A stretch of DNA of 64,000 nucleotides from Convolutriloba macropyga (taxonomy: Eukaryota), in assembly GCF_964194025.1 (NCBI RefSeq), contig NC_134468.1:73904001-73968000 (forward strand), in the 5' to 3' direction. The number at the start of each line of letters is the position of its first letter. Position 1 is the first letter of the stretch. A program made the translations under genes and the position numbers. The notes below the pieces were generated by a model. It was not told the DNA's origin, searched no databases, and saw only the letters and a list, made by a program, of their open reading frames with translations. Shown one piece after another: positions 63,349-64,000 of the stretch.

Positions 63349-64000
63349 AATTGCTCTCAAACGAAGGTTGTAGCAATTATATTAGTCCTGTCGGTCTTTT
63401 TAATGCGATTTTTAGCTTGACCGATTTTTCGTCTGCCGCTTTTGACTTTTTGTCTTTAAAAACGGGATAAACAGGCAGCGCCCAGCGGGCAGTAAGTGCT
63501 CTTAGAGCCTTTCAGCTCTGTTTCATCTCAAACAGTTTTGGAGACTTATACTTATGGTGTGAAGGGCGGTTCCTAGAGGTTGAAGATACCCCCACTGTTG
63601 ATCCCCCCCCCCCCCCCCACCGCGCATTAATAGAAATTTAATCGAATAGTTTTCCAGATTTCAACACCACGAATTTTAGCATTTTTTTTCAAAAATTGCA
63701 ATTTTTTTCAATTTTTTCTGACATTTATTGTCATTATTCAGGTTTTTCAGCCTTATTGAAAATCTATAGGGCTTGATAATAAGTTACTGCAATATGTTTT
63801 TTGCCCATGGATTAGTTTTCAACTTTTATTATCACAAATTTTTGCAATTTTTTCAAGTTTTTTGGAATTATTTTTGTCAGTTTTTAGGTTTCGCCAGCGC
63901 CAAGAGTAAATAACCGACTCTAGGGTTTGTTCATATGTTACTGCATAGCTTTTAAATGGAATGGAATGTTTCTGAAGATTTTAATATCAGCAATTTTTAA
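63349..64000 (+). mobile_element. HINE family B, 5' part, in a PPP2R5 intron
   Basis: tttAATTGCTCTCaaacgaaggttgtAGCAATT start, family core, poly-C and subrepeats. Confidence 0.8.

Overview
AT-rich eukaryotic (metazoan-type, invertebrate-like) genomic DNA with GT-AG introns and two assembly gaps. Five protein-coding genes, all on the + strand, can be reconstructed by hand: CCDC83-like (9 coding exons, 12472-28956/29174), SSU72 (2 exons split by a 16.3 kb intron), MRPS33 (single exon), a cytochrome b561 (3 exons) and a divergent PP2A B56/PPP2R5 subunit (runs off the window). The first four genes are separated by only about 0.3-0.5 kb of TE-free spacer, and each start codon sits just after a TTTTCAG-type 3' splice acceptor. 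Their introns, by contrast, are many kb long and full of TEs. This layout is what a polycistronic unit resolved by spliced-leader trans-splicing (a eukaryotic operon) would look like, and it is the main hypothesis from this window. The rest is repeats: a decayed ~1 kb tandem array (1.3-10.2 kb); several decayed LINEs, one near full length with PHD-ORF1, EN-RT and an unusual SGNH-esterase-like ORF 3' of the RT; at least three families of Helentron-associated (DINE-1/HINE-like) non-autonomous elements, all in one orientation; a MITE; and local segmental duplications. Gene identities rest on recalled family motifs, not database searches.
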